Source of the DNA: a virus | Strand: one strand, 5' to 3' | IMG/VR virus record: IMGVR_UViG_3300043395_002349 | Location: 36,090 to 100,089 of that record | DNA length: 64,000 nucleotides | Shown here: in pieces, positions 1 to 11,300 of the stretch | How the letters are laid out: each line of letters starts with the position of its first letter | How positions within the stretch are numbered: the first letter of the stretch is position 1 | Made by a program: the position numbers and the translations under genes | Notes under the pieces: generated by a model | Database searches by the model: none | What the model saw: only the letters and a program-made list of their open reading frames with translations | What the model was told of the DNA's origin: nothing

Positions 1-378
1 TTTTGATGTTGAATATGGTGATATAGAGTGATGAATTGATGATGAACTACTGAAAATAACTTTACAATTATTTCTAAGTGCATAATCTAATACTTCTTTA
101 GTACCCGTTACATTTACTGAATATGTAATGTTTTGATTTTTGTATGAAGGTAAGACTCTACTATATGCTGCTAAATGATAGATACAATCATAATGTTTAT
201 TTGGTATATTTCCCATTGCTCTAATATCACCACCTAAAAAGTTAGCACCTTCTACTATTTCTGCTTCTTTTCCAATATAAAGATTATCTATAATATCAAC
301 TTCATACCCTTTATCTAAAAATCGTTTGGTTAACGCTTTGCCAATAAAACCACAACCACCTGTAATTAGTATTTTCAT
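1..378 (-). CDS. NAD-dependent epimerase/dehydratase (extended SDR), partial, runs off the window start
   Basis: Not in the ORF track. Manual translation from ATG at 378: MKILITGGCGFIGKAL...IYHLAA...VIFSSSSS...YSTSK (TGxxGxxG and YxxxK motifs). ATGA-coupled to the upstream gene. Confidence 0.9.
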   Translation of the reverse strand, partial: MKILITGGCGFIGKALTKRFLDKGYEVDIIDNLYIGKEAEIVEGANFLGGDIRAMGNIPNKHYDCIYHLAAYSRVLPSYKNQNITYSVNVTGTKEVLDYALRNNCKVIFSSSSSIHHSISPYSTSK

Positions 379-1130
379 TTTCTTCTTACTAAAGTTAATC
401 CTGTTGATGCCGGTTTATTTTTTATGATACCAAAATTGAATAGGTCAAACACTTGCCATTTTTCAGTATCTATTTCTTTTGCTAATTGAATCGGCCCATT
501 CCAATCATCGAAATCACCTCTGTCTTTAACCTCATTTGTGACTATGTATTTATCTGCGTAATTAGGGTCAGTATCATGAATTGAAATAATACCATTTTCA
601 TTTACTAATTGAGAATATAATTCAAAATCTTCTTTTACGTTTTCGTAACTATGACCGGCATCAATATGTAAATAATCAATCTTAATATCATTTAATACAA
701 AGAAATTATGAAATGCATTTGCAGTTGTGTCATTTATAATTCTAGGTGAAAATAATCTTCTAAAGAAACTTTCTTCTTTAAACCAATTTACATTACCACC
801 TATACCATTCATCGCATCTACAACATAAGTTGTTCCAATATCACCCCAACTTTTATCATTGTTTCCTTCAAAAATATTTTGAGAATGTAAATCCATTCTA
901 GCCTGTGTCATTATTCTAGGTATAAATCCACCACCGCTTCCTAAACATACACATACCTTTGCTCTCATATACTGAATTAGTGAATATACGATTAACCCAT
1001 CTCCGAGATGGTCATCTGTTGCACCATGTGACCAACGATATGGGACATCTTTTAAAACTTCTTCACCAACTTCATTAAATTCTTGGTTATTTGTAATAAA
1101 TTCTTTAACGTAACTTTTATTAATTATCAT
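375..1130 (-). CDS. Class I SAM-dependent methyltransferase (Methyltransf_24-like)
   Basis: CLGSGGG motif I and IDYLHIDAGHSYE...GIISIHD signature. Confidence 0.8.
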   Translation of the reverse strand: MIINKSYVKEFITNNQEFNEVGEEVLKDVPYRWSHGATDDHLGDGLIVYSLIQYMRAKVCVCLGSGGGFIPRIMTQARMDLHSQNIFEGNNDKSWGDIGTTYVVDAMNGIGGNVNWFKEESFFRRLFSPRIINDTTANAFHNFFVLNDIKIDYLHIDAGHSYENVKEDFELYSQLVNENGIISIHDTDPNYADKYIVTNEVKDRGDFDDWNGPIQLAKEIDTEKWQVFDLFNFGIIKNKPASTGLTLVRRK

Positions 1131-2140
1131 TTGTTTAATAGGTTTACAATTTCATAAATCCATTCTTCTTTGTTAGTATAAGATTCTAATTCATCTTTTA
1201 GTTTATCAAACCAATATTGTCTTTCTACTTCAAAATCATTACACATTGTTTGATACACTTTTTTAAATTCTTCTTTTGTTGATGCTCTATATTTGTAATC
1301 AATATTAGGTAACCAATATTTGTGTATAATTGGAAGTTTACCATAATCAATTGCGTTGAATATAGAATAACCAAACGGTTCATTTACATAACAAGCGTGA
1401 AATGGTGTAAACTCTAAGTTAAAAAAATTTTTGTGATTTTCCAAAGAATATGGATAAAATCTTATTTTTCGTAAATCTAAGTTTAGCCCTTCTTTTAAAT
1501 TTTCAAACCCTATTTTATCCGTACATGCAAATCCTTTCATACCATCTAAAAAATGAAAACATTTACGAGTTTCACTTCTTGCTGCATATCCTATTTTTTC
1601 ACTTTCCCATTTATATTCTCTTTGTTCTTTCCATTCATAATAGTTTGGTATATTAATAGTTTTATTTTTAAAATCTTTTTGAACCATTCCATTATTACAT
1701 CCTATCCAAATTATTTTTTTACATTGATTTAATACATCTTGTTCCCATTGTAAATCCATAGTAGTAGGTAACCAAACTCTATCTAATCCTAAATCTATAT
1801 TTGTATTTATAATTTCTTTAATATAAGCGTGACAAAATATGGTATGAAATTTATGTTTATATTCCCACAATTCATCTCTACGGAAATAGTTGTTATGTAA
1901 AAAATGTATTTTTCTTGCATTTCTTAATATTGGTTCTACTAACAATGGTGCTTCTTTTGTAAACACATATTTACAAGGAATAGATAGTGGATTAAATCCA
2001 ACTGGCTTTTTACTATCAATTAACAGAACAATAGGGTAGTTTAAATATGGTACTACATATTCTATAAATTTGTTTACCCAAATATCACTACCACCAAATG
2101 TAACATTTCCGGCGCCCGTTGTAACTAAAACATCAAACAT
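1127..2140 (-). CDS. Glycosyltransferase (GT-B, GT4-like)
   Basis: N-terminal FGGS and C-terminal EPFGYSIFNAIDYGKLPII, resembling the E-x-F-G-x7 motif. Confidence 0.7.
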   Translation of the reverse strand: MFDVLVTTGAGNVTFGGSDIWVNKFIEYVVPYLNYPIVLLIDSKKPVGFNPLSIPCKYVFTKEAPLLVEPILRNARKIHFLHNNYFRRDELWEYKHKFHTIFCHAYIKEIINTNIDLGLDRVWLPTTMDLQWEQDVLNQCKKIIWIGCNNGMVQKDFKNKTINIPNYYEWKEQREYKWESEKIGYAARSETRKCFHFLDGMKGFACTDKIGFENLKEGLNLDLRKIRFYPYSLENHKNFFNLEFTPFHACYVNEPFGYSIFNAIDYGKLPIIHKYWLPNIDYKYRASTKEEFKKVYQTMCNDFEVERQYWFDKLKDELESYTNKEEWIYEIVNLLNK

Positions 2141-2148
2141 ATTTTACT

Positions 2149-2415
2149 TTATAATTCAGGATCAAATGAACATACGATTTCATCATCGTATTTTAAACAA
2201 CCATATGAAATAGTACCATCAATATTAGTCTTTGTTGGTTCTATTTTAAATTTTAATAAAACTGGCTGAAAAGGGTATGTGAATTGAAGTGATGTTTCAT
2301 TTGATTTTACTAATACTACTTCTTTTCCTGTATTTTCTACATCTTGTGTATTATCATAATTAATGGTAATTTCCCAATCTATGCCATCATTTCCTTTGTA
2401 ATTTAATTGTTTCAT
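2149..2415 (-). CDS. Hypothetical protein (possible tail-fibre accessory)
   Basis: 88-aa ORF tightly packed downstream of the tail fibre gene. Confidence 0.55.
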   Translation of the reverse strand: MKQLNYKGNDGIDWEITINYDNTQDVENTGKEVVLVKSNETSLQFTYPFQPVLLKFKIEPTKTNIDGTISYGCLKYDDEIVCSFDPEL

Positions 2416-2419
2416 AACT

Positions 2420-5400
2420 TTATTTTAATTTATTCTCTAATAATTCTACTTTTTTTGTTAATTCCTGAACTGCTTTCCACAAAATTGATGTTACTTTTTC
2501 ATAATCAATACCCGAAACTTTTTCTTCTTCATAAATTGCTTTACCATTTTTATCTGCTTCATATGTTACGGCTTGCCAAAAACCGTTATTATGTAAATCT
2601 TCTGCAATTAAACCAAATGTTTCAACTTCATCATCTGCCCATTTTTTATATTTAAATCTTTCAACAGGAACTTTTTGTATAATTTCTAATACATTTTCGT
2701 TTTCTTTCCAATTTCCAAAAATATTTTTTGTTTTACGCGATGATGAACTTGAAAATACATATCCATTACTTCTTACAATTTTAAGAGTATCATTTGTACC
2801 TGGATTAGATGGATTTAAAACTACACTAGTTAAATAAAGTTGATTATGTATATTGGTACTTCCACCCGTTCCTAATCCTGGTCCTGCAAAATAGTGAGAA
2901 CCTGCTGCAATTGTTGCAAATCCCTGGTTTAAATCGGATGTATTTTCAATATACATTCCACCATTTGTATATATACTAGACAATGAATTAGTAGTTCCGG
3001 TACTATTATTCATAGCAATATAAATCGGCGATGATGCATTTGTTCCTGCTACTTCTGAATAAAATTTAATACCCACACCTATTCCTGTACTTCCAGAATA
3101 ACCATCCATTTGGCTATAAACCACTTGACTTGTTGGTGCTACACCGGCTGTTAATCTAATACCACCTGGTACTATTTCAGTAAAGGAATTTAATTGTGGT
3201 GTACCAATAAATCCAGTTCCTGCTGGCCATTCCATTGTAGGATGTGTATTACCAATTCTAACTCTATAATAATTTGTATTACTAGAATCCATCACTGCAA
3301 ATTCTTTGTTTGTACTATCTAATCTAGTAATATTATCAGTTGATTTCAATTTATCAGTAGCAATATCCCAACCACCAATAGAACCAAGAGTTGCAGTTAC
3401 AGTACCATTAATACTTAGTGTAGAACCATCCCAACTTAATTTATCTTTTAATGAAAATTGGCCACTTCCATCTAAATATACGGATGTATCTGTGTTATTA
3501 TAATTTCCCGCTCCAACATAAATTCTTCTTGTTGCTGTTGTTGCATCTAAAACAATTGAGTTTGTATTACCAACCGTTACTTTTCCACTAAAATAACCTA
3601 AATTACCTGCTATGATTGGTGATGCAATGGTTGTACTACTTATAAACGTTCCACCACTATATGTTCCAGCGGCAATTGAATCTGCTACTGCTTTTGCATT
3701 TGTATATGCAGCACTTGCCATTGTCCACGCACTTCCACTTGCTGAACTTATTGCATTTGATTGTGCACTATTTGCTGAAGTGGTTGCCATCGTATATGCA
3801 CTTCCACTTGCTGAACTTATTGCATTTGATTCTGCACTATTTGCAGCATTTGTTGCAACAGTATATACACTCGCTGATGTTGCAGCATTACCGCCTGCTA
3901 CTGTTATATTTCCATTAATGCTTAATGTAGTTCCATCCCATGTAAGTTTATCTTTTAATGAAAATTGGCCAGCACCATCCATATAAACAGCTGTATTGGT
4001 ATTATTATATGTACCTGTTCCCACATATATTCTTCTAGTTGCGGTTGTAGCATCTAATACAATTGGGTTTGCTCCACTACCTACCGTCACTTTACCACTA
4101 AAGTATCCTAAATTACCTGCTATAATTGGTGATATTACACTACTTCCGTTTATAAATGTTCCATTACTTGAACCAGATGCAATTGAATCCGCTACTGCTT
4201 TTGCATTTGTATATGCAGAACTTGCTTGCAAATAAGCACTTGCAGATGCATTTGTATATGCTGCTCCCGCTTGGGTATAAGCACTTGCAGATGCATTTGT
4301 ATATGCTGTATTTGCTGATGTAGTTGCAACACTATAAACACTTGCCGATGTTGCTGCTGTTCCACCCGTTACATTTATTGTTCCATTGATTGTAAGATTT
4401 GAACCATCCCATAATAATGCATTCCCACCTGCACTTCCTGTCAAATAAAATATACCCGATGAACTTAAGAATGATGACCATTTTCCACCATCATAGTAAC
4501 CTAAATTTTTACTTCCTAAATATAAACCTGCACCGGATGGTGTTGCTGTTTTATTTATTAAACCGACAGTATCATTGAATATTCTACTATCTAAATTATT
4601 TGTAGTCGTATATATTGATGATGAGTATGCAGATGCTGATGTGTATGATCCCCATGCCGATGCTGATATAGTATTAACCGATGATGTTGTTGCTGCGTTT
4701 CCACCAACAATATTAATTGCACCTGCAATAGTTAAAACATTATTTTGCCATGTAAGATAATTAGAACCAGTTCCACTTAAATAGAAATTACCGGTATTAT
4801 CCATATATGTTTTCCAACTACTACCACTATAAAATCCTAAATTTGTACTACCTAAATATAAACCATTCGATGTACCTACTAATACGTTTGGTGGTCTTAC
4901 TATATTTCCACTAACATCTGTAAATATATTTGGTGTTATCGAAGCACTTAAGGATGATGTTCCACTATTAACACTTGCAGTTACTCCCGCTTTTGTTGCA
5001 GCGTTTGTAATCCCACCTTCTTGTATATTAATTTGTCCTTGAACTTGTAGTGTTCCTAATTGACCTGCCCATGCTAAAAATTGCCCATTTGAACCCGTTA
5101 AATAAAAATCACCCTGGTTATCCATATAGGTTTTCCAACCACTTGTAGATGAAGTTGCACTTGAACTATAAAATCCTAAATAAGTTGAACCTAAAAATAA
5201 ACCGTTTCCACTGGCAGTTGGTGGTTGATTTAATTTACCATTTTGATCGGTAAAAATAAATGTATCTAAAAATTGCGATGCAGAATAAACATTATACAAT
5301 GAATTTGATTGTGCCGTATAAATCGAACTACTTAAATTAGATAAAGATGTACTTACAGATGAACTTAAATTATATACACTTCCACTTACTACATTTATAG

Positions 5401-6883
5401 ATGAACTTAATGAACCACTAACTAATATAATAAAATTAGCGGATGATGCACTTACTTCACTTGCTGATTTAGAAATACTGCTTGTTAAACTTCCACTTAA
5501 TGAATTACTTCCACTCCAAACATCTTTAAAATATGATTGAGAAAATTCACTTGTATATGCATTTGATGCGGATGTTGATGAACTTATTATTATTAAAGTT
5601 CCACCTATATTGTTATTACCACCATTAAATAAAGCACTTGCAGTTACGGCTACTGGAACATAATTATTGTTTATATCATAAAACTCAAACTTAAAATTAA
5701 ATGTTTCGTTTCCCAATACCGTCGGCATAGATGTAATAAAACTAATTTCGTTTGGAGAAAATGCAGTATCTTGTGAAAGATTTAAACTTATATTACCAAT
5801 ATGCCATTGATTAGTTCCGCTAGATTGTGAAAAATATAAACTTGCAGTTGGCTCATCTTTTGGTATTGTAAATGCTGTCGTAGTTGTTCCAAAATTTTTG
5901 GTTGGTATTGAACCAGTAAATGTTGTAATTGGAAACTCTCCGTTTTGTGTACCACTTATATATGCTACTAAATTTCTTTCATGTGAACCAGTATAAAATG
6001 CATCTAGTTGTAGTTCATATGTATTCGAAGCTAATAGGTTCAATGAAGATGTATATTTTAATGTTCCACTACCTGTTAATTCTACGCCATCATCCACCCA
6101 TGTAGAATTTAATGTTGCGTTTAATGAACTTGTATTCCATACCGCACTTAAAGATTCTGATGTAAATAAACCCGCGTTTGCAACCACACTACTACTTAAT
6201 TCATATGTGGTTAATAAATTTCTAGATTCAATACCAATATCTTGTATTAACTCATAATCTGATATATCTCCCGCAGATGTTCTAAATACTTTTACTCTTG
6301 CTACATCACCTGCGAATGTTTCTAATTGATTTACAGTTATACTTGCAAATGATTGTGTTACTAATGATGCAACTTTACTACCACTTACAATTGAATATAG
6401 AGGTTCTAATAATTCTGTAATCGTAACTTTTGGTCTTTTATAAAATCTTACTCTTGTTGTATTTGGAAGTGCAGGATTAATATTAATGGTTTTTGTCCAT
6501 TTAACACTATATCTATTATTCCATTCAATTGGTGTATCTTTTAGTTGACCTAATATCGTAATTGTAGCTGGTCCAAATGCAGTATCAGTTGGATATACAT
6601 AAACAGCACATACCTTAGAATTTCCTTCATAATAATCAACTGGATATCCATTTGAAAATTCATGATAAAGAACCTTTCCATTAGCATCTCTAATTTGTAC
6701 TTTTACTTCTGTATTAGACAAAAGTTTATCAGAACCTGCTATTAGGAACGCATTTTTACCTCCTGATAATGTATCAGGAAGTTCTGTAATATTAAAATAT
6801 TCTGATGTTGGGTTGGTATCTTCTATTAGAACTTGAACTAATTCTAATTTTTCATCAGGTGCAACTTTTATTTCAACTGCCAT
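2420..6883 (-). CDS. Tail fibre/spike protein with internal repeats and C-terminal peptidase S74 intramolecular chaperone
   Basis: S/G/T/A-rich with repeats. C-terminal SSRKTKNI...FGLIAEDL...IDYEKVTSILWKAVQELTKKV coiled coil is typical of S74. Confidence 0.8.
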   Translation of the reverse strand: MAVEIKVAPDEKLELVQVLIEDTNPTSEYFNITELPDTLSGGKNAFLIAGSDKLLSNTEVKVQIRDANGKVLYHEFSNGYPVDYYEGNSKVCAVYVYPTDTAFGPATITILGQLKDTPIEWNNRYSVKWTKTININPALPNTTRVRFYKRPKVTITELLEPLYSIVSGSKVASLVTQSFASITVNQLETFAGDVARVKVFRTSAGDISDYELIQDIGIESRNLLTTYELSSSVVANAGLFTSESLSAVWNTSSLNATLNSTWVDDGVELTGSGTLKYTSSLNLLASNTYELQLDAFYTGSHERNLVAYISGTQNGEFPITTFTGSIPTKNFGTTTTAFTIPKDEPTASLYFSQSSGTNQWHIGNISLNLSQDTAFSPNEISFITSMPTVLGNETFNFKFEFYDINNNYVPVAVTASALFNGGNNNIGGTLIIISSSTSASNAYTSEFSQSYFKDVWSGSNSLSGSLTSSISKSASEVSASSANFIILVSGSLSSSINVVSGSVYNLSSSVSTSLSNLSSSIYTAQSNSLYNVYSASQFLDTFIFTDQNGKLNQPPTASGNGLFLGSTYLGFYSSSATSSTSGWKTYMDNQGDFYLTGSNGQFLAWAGQLGTLQVQGQINIQEGGITNAATKAGVTASVNSGTSSLSASITPNIFTDVSGNIVRPPNVLVGTSNGLYLGSTNLGFYSGSSWKTYMDNTGNFYLSGTGSNYLTWQNNVLTIAGAINIVGGNAATTSSVNTISASAWGSYTSASAYSSSIYTTTNNLDSRIFNDTVGLINKTATPSGAGLYLGSKNLGYYDGGKWSSFLSSSGIFYLTGSAGGNALLWDGSNLTINGTINVTGGTAATSASVYSVATTSANTAYTNASASAYTQAGAAYTNASASAYLQASSAYTNAKAVADSIASGSSNGTFINGSSVISPIIAGNLGYFSGKVTVGSGANPIVLDATTATRRIYVGTGTYNNTNTAVYMDGAGQFSLKDKLTWDGTTLSINGNITVAGGNAATSASVYTVATNAANSAESNAISSASGSAYTMATTSANSAQSNAISSASGSAWTMASAAYTNAKAVADSIAAGTYSGGTFISSTTIASPIIAGNLGYFSGKVTVGNTNSIVLDATTATRRIYVGAGNYNNTDTSVYLDGSGQFSLKDKLSWDGSTLSINGTVTATLGSIGGWDIATDKLKSTDNITRLDSTNKEFAVMDSSNTNYYRVRIGNTHPTMEWPAGTGFIGTPQLNSFTEIVPGGIRLTAGVAPTSQVVYSQMDGYSGSTGIGVGIKFYSEVAGTNASSPIYIAMNNSTGTTNSLSSIYTNGGMYIENTSDLNQGFATIAAGSHYFAGPGLGTGGSTNIHNQLYLTSVVLNPSNPGTNDTLKIVRSNGYVFSSSSSRKTKNIFGNWKENENVLEIIQKVPVERFKYKKWADDEVETFGLIAEDLHNNGFWQAVTYEADKNGKAIYEEEKVSGIDYEKVTSILWKAVQELTKKVELLENKLK
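3400..4310 (-). repeat. Nested intragenic tandem repeats in the tail fibre (periods about 507, 69 and 45 nt)
   Basis: tactgcttttgcatttgtatatgcag at 3686 and 4193; gcacttccacttgctgaacttattgcatttgatt at 3729 and 3798; ataagcacttgcagatgcatttgtatatgctg at 4232 and 4277. Confidence 0.9.
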
Positions 6884-6904
6884 ATGCTAAACAAATATTC
6901 TTTG

Positions 6905-7570
6905 TTATAAATATTTGTTCTCTGGATAATGTAACGTTTCAATTAAAGGTATTGATGTAAGAAACGTTTTTCTTTCAAATGTTTCGTTTAATATTGGTGT
7001 TACTTGGTGTTCCGGATTTGAATAGTAAAAATCAATAACGCCATATCTTCCAAATTCAGGTTTTATAATATGTTCTTTTTCTACAACCAATTCACCACCA
7101 TCACCTTCTTTATAATCTTCATTTAAATAAAATAAAATATTACATAATGCGGCACCACTACCACCATCTCTGTGGTTTTTTATGAAACATCCTTTATCAA
7201 ACAAAGTGTAATTAATATGTTTTATTTGATCAAATTTTGAAAATACTTCAATCGGATATAATTCCACAACAATTTTATTACATATATTTTTAAACCATTC
7301 AAACTCATCCTTTTCCCATCTGATAGATGAATCAAAATACCAATATTGCCAAGCTGTATTTTTTTCTAAACAATCTATTTTTTTAGATTTTAATTCTTTA
7401 AAAGGAGTATTATTAGAATAGTTATTTCCATATCCAGTATGACATGCGTTTGTAAAATTTCCTTCTTGGTGGTTTATGAAAATATTTTTAAGAATATTAT
7501 AGTCTTCTTGATTTAATTTATCCGTATAACAACCATTTGATTTTAATAAATTATTTTTTTCTATATTCAT
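6905..7570 (-). CDS. 2OG-Fe(II) oxygenase (prolyl-hydroxylase-like)
   Basis: HRD...ILFYLNEDY...GGEL...HQVTPI...R. Confidence 0.85.
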   Translation of the reverse strand: MNIEKNNLLKSNGCYTDKLNQEDYNILKNIFINHQEGNFTNACHTGYGNNYSNNTPFKELKSKKIDCLEKNTAWQYWYFDSSIRWEKDEFEWFKNICNKIVVELYPIEVFSKFDQIKHINYTLFDKGCFIKNHRDGGSGAALCNILFYLNEDYKEGDGGELVVEKEHIIKPEFGRYGVIDFYYSNPEHQVTPILNETFERKTFLTSIPLIETLHYPENKYL

Positions 7571-8322
7571 TTTGTTGTATATTGGTTATATAGTTCATCA
7601 TTTAAAGGAGTATAAATTGAATATCGTACTCTATCACTATAATTTGTAGTGACTTCATGCCTATAATTATAAATTTTTTGTTCCAATATAACAACTTTTG
7701 TAAAATCTGGAACTATTTCTATAACATCATTTTCTGAAAATATTTTTAATAACGATCCATCTTCTATCGTTCTATTTGAATTTATAAAAAATAAAGTAGT
7801 AAATAATCTATCGTTATTTGTAGTTTCATCGGTATGATCTTTAATGAAAGAATTTTTTGGATAAACATTAATATGTCCAAAATTTATTCTCACACCACTT
7901 AAGTTCAACTCAGTATCAAATAAATGTTCTAAAATATTTTTATATGCTTTTTTATATAATTCTTCTATTTCGGAATTAAAAAAATATACAATATCATCTT
8001 TTAAACTATTAAATGGTTGTCGATACATCATACAAAAATTAAAATAATCTTCCTTAGAAAATCCAAATTTTTGGTTAAATTCATTTAAATAAGAAAAATC
8101 ATTATAATTTAGATATTCTTTTTTTAACAAAGAGTTATAAAAATTAATATCGGTTTCTATAAGTTTTGTTTCTACTCTTTTAGACCATGCTAAAGATTTA
8201 TAATGACATTTAAAATAATCAAATGGTATATAAAAATGTGCTACTAATGTTTGTAACTTTTCAAATTCTGCTCTCGTTAAAAAATCTTCTATTTGAAAAA
8301 TTTTATAAGGAAAATCTATCAT
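7567..8322 (-). CDS. 2OG-Fe(II) oxygenase
   Basis: HTD...TLFFIN...GSLL...HEVT...RYS. Confidence 0.85.
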   Translation of the reverse strand: MIDFPYKIFQIEDFLTRAEFEKLQTLVAHFYIPFDYFKCHYKSLAWSKRVETKLIETDINFYNSLLKKEYLNYNDFSYLNEFNQKFGFSKEDYFNFCMMYRQPFNSLKDDIVYFFNSEIEELYKKAYKNILEHLFDTELNLSGVRINFGHINVYPKNSFIKDHTDETTNNDRLFTTLFFINSNRTIEDGSLLKIFSENDVIEIVPDFTKVVILEQKIYNYRHEVTTNYSDRVRYSIYTPLNDELYNQYTTK

Positions 8323-8333
8323 ACGAATAAATA

Positions 8334-11300
8334 TTACTTATATTGTATTTGTGAGAACCCATCTATTTTTTTAATCTCAACCAAAGTATCTACAATATCT
8401 CGCATTGCATCCAAATGAGAAATGATATTAATAAAATCAAATTGTGTTTTAAGATAATCAAACATCATAAAGATAGATTGTAAATTATCGCTATCTAATG
8501 TACCAAATCCTTCATCAATCACTAAGAAATTAGGACGAGGTAAATTACATACATTAATAAGTGCAACTCTGATTGCCAATCCACTAATAAACTTCTCCAT
8601 ACCACTACACATTTCCAATGGCCAATGTTGATCCTCATATACAATCCTAGCGTTCACATTTTTACCACTCATATCAAATACGATACCAAACTCTACAATT
8701 TGTTGTAAAATGTTATTAACCTCACCTTCTATCACAGGTAGAGCCTTTGCAATTAATTCATATGATACACCATCTCTCTTAACTGCATCTAAGTAATATT
8801 CATAGATTTTGAACTGCTCTTCCAATCCTTTTGCTTCTTCCATCTTATCTACAACTGATTGGATATAACCTTTTGTTTTTGCTATATCTGCATTTGCACT
8901 CAATAACTTTTGATTAATTTCTCTTAAATCTTTTGTTACACTACCTAACTCACTTCTTTTAGTTTCAATCTCATTATTTAATCTTTCGTTGTTTTGAATA
9001 CTTGCTTCGTTAGCATGGTATCTTTCAATATCAGATTCAACAGTTTCTAAATTCTTTTGTTGTAATTCTAAATCTTTATGTTGTGTAGCTAATTCTGCCT
9101 TTGCTCTATCTATAATGATTTTAGCTTTCTGATGTTTTTCTTTTAGTTCTTTATATTCATTATATTGTTCTTCTATACCTTCCCATCTATCTAACGTTTG
9201 TTGAATAGAGGTAGCATCTACTAATGCATCTGTAACTATTTGTTGTAATTCCGGCAATGCATTTTTTGCATTCATTGCATCTTTAACAAATGTATTATCA
9301 CAACAAAACTTACAATTAGGGTCGTACTGATGATTATCTAAGTGTTTAATTTTTTCTTCTGCTAAACTCAAATATACTTTTGCATTTGAATATACTTTCT
9401 CTGCTTCTACTAATTTCTTTTGTTCTTCTTGTAAATTTGAATACGCGATTTCTATATCAATACCATCTGATTTAGCTTTTTGTTTAATAACATCCGAAAG
9501 TTCTTCAATCTTTTCACTATAAGTTTTAATATTGCTTTCTTTTGTTTCAATTACATTTTCAGTATTTTTTATGGCTCTCAAAACACCATCTCTCTTATCA
9601 CTTAATTGTGTTACGTTTAAATTACCATCAATAGGAATTAACTGAGCAGATAATTCATTAATCTGTTCGTTTAATTCTTCTTGTCTATCTTCGTAACCTT
9701 CTTTCTCAATTTCTTCTTCTTCGTATAGTTCTTCTAATTCTTCTAACTTATTTTCTGCATTTGCCAATTCTGTTGTAAAATCAGTTCTCTTAAAATTTTT
9801 TAATAGAACTGCTACTTCTTTAATGTCTTCACTTGCTAAATCATACAATTTATCAAATACATTAATACCCATAAACTGAGCCAATAAATCTTTTCTTTCT
9901 GATTGTGATTTATCAATGAATAATGAATTGTTACCCTGTAAAGATAATGCAGTTAAAACGAAATCTTCGTATTTTCCTAAATAACTTTCAATCATCTTAT
10001 CGGTATCTCTACGTTCTGTTCCGTTTAGTGATACTACTTCATCACCTTCCATTTTGTAAAACTGAACATCTACTTTAACAGCATCACCCTTCTTATTCAT
10101 TTTAGCAGTTCTCTCAATAAAAAATCTTTCTTCATTGATTTCAAACTCTAACTTACAAAAGAATTCTGATTTACGATTATTTAATACATTTTGTGCTTTA
10201 AATGCTCTACTACTTTTATCAAAGATACAAAAAGATAATGCATCAAATAGAGAAGATTTACCACTAGCATTTGGAGCAAATACACCCAATAAACCTTTCA
10301 TATTTTCAAAGTTTACTATGTTATTCTCACCATAACTGAACATATTAGAAAACTCAAACTTAATTGGTTTCCAAAGTATGTTTCTTACTAAATCATCATC
10401 AGTCAAACGTTTGTTTAACTTATTATTTAAATCTTCAATCTTACCTAATGTATCATCATCTAACATATAATTTCTAGTTAGATAATCTTTAATAAGACCC
10501 GATTGATATTGTGCATCGTTTACATTACCTACATTTAATTTACCATCCCTATTACCAGTCCTTAATCTTGCTAATGTATCGGTACGTGTGATCGTAAATT
10601 CATCAACCTTATATTTCTTTTTAATTTCGGTTGTTACTCTTTTCATATCTGATGCATCTGTCTTAGATACCAAAACTCTTAATCTTGGTTTCTTAGGCAT
10701 ATCGGTTACATCAGGTACTTCACCATTCTCTACCATTAAAGTATAATAACCATAATCATTTGGAACATCTGCATATTCAACTGATAAATCTTCTAAATTC
10801 CAAATAGCGTAACCATGTTCAGTTAATTTCTCACCATGATTTTGCTGAACTAATGAACCAGGATAGACTACTTTACATCCTTTTGGTGAAATCATTTGTT
10901 GCCTTCTATGAATATCACCTAAAAGAGCCAAATCATATCCATCAAACATTTCTGTTGTAAAATGACGAGAAGAAATAGTAAATCCTATATCGGTTGTTGC
11001 ATCTAAAATAGGTCCGTGAAATAAAGCAATGTTAATTGTATCTGAATTTAACTCATCAAATTTCCAATTTTCTTTATCATCAAAGATAGAAAAAGTATCA
11101 AATCTAACTCCACCATAAACATAGGTAGAAGTATCTCTTAGATAAACTAAATTGGGTAAATTAAGTGCATCTACAATTGGACTCAATACGTCCAATCTAC
11201 CTACGTTGTTAAGATTACAATCGTGGTTTCCTGCAATTAAAATGGTATGGGTTAATTCACTACACCTTTTAAGGAAGTAATTTATTTCATTTACTAACTC

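Noticed and set aside
3686-4310. CRISPR array or DGR template/variable repeats
   Set aside because: Repeats are in-frame coding duplications with no spacers, no adenine-specific mismatch pattern seen, and no Cas or RT gene.
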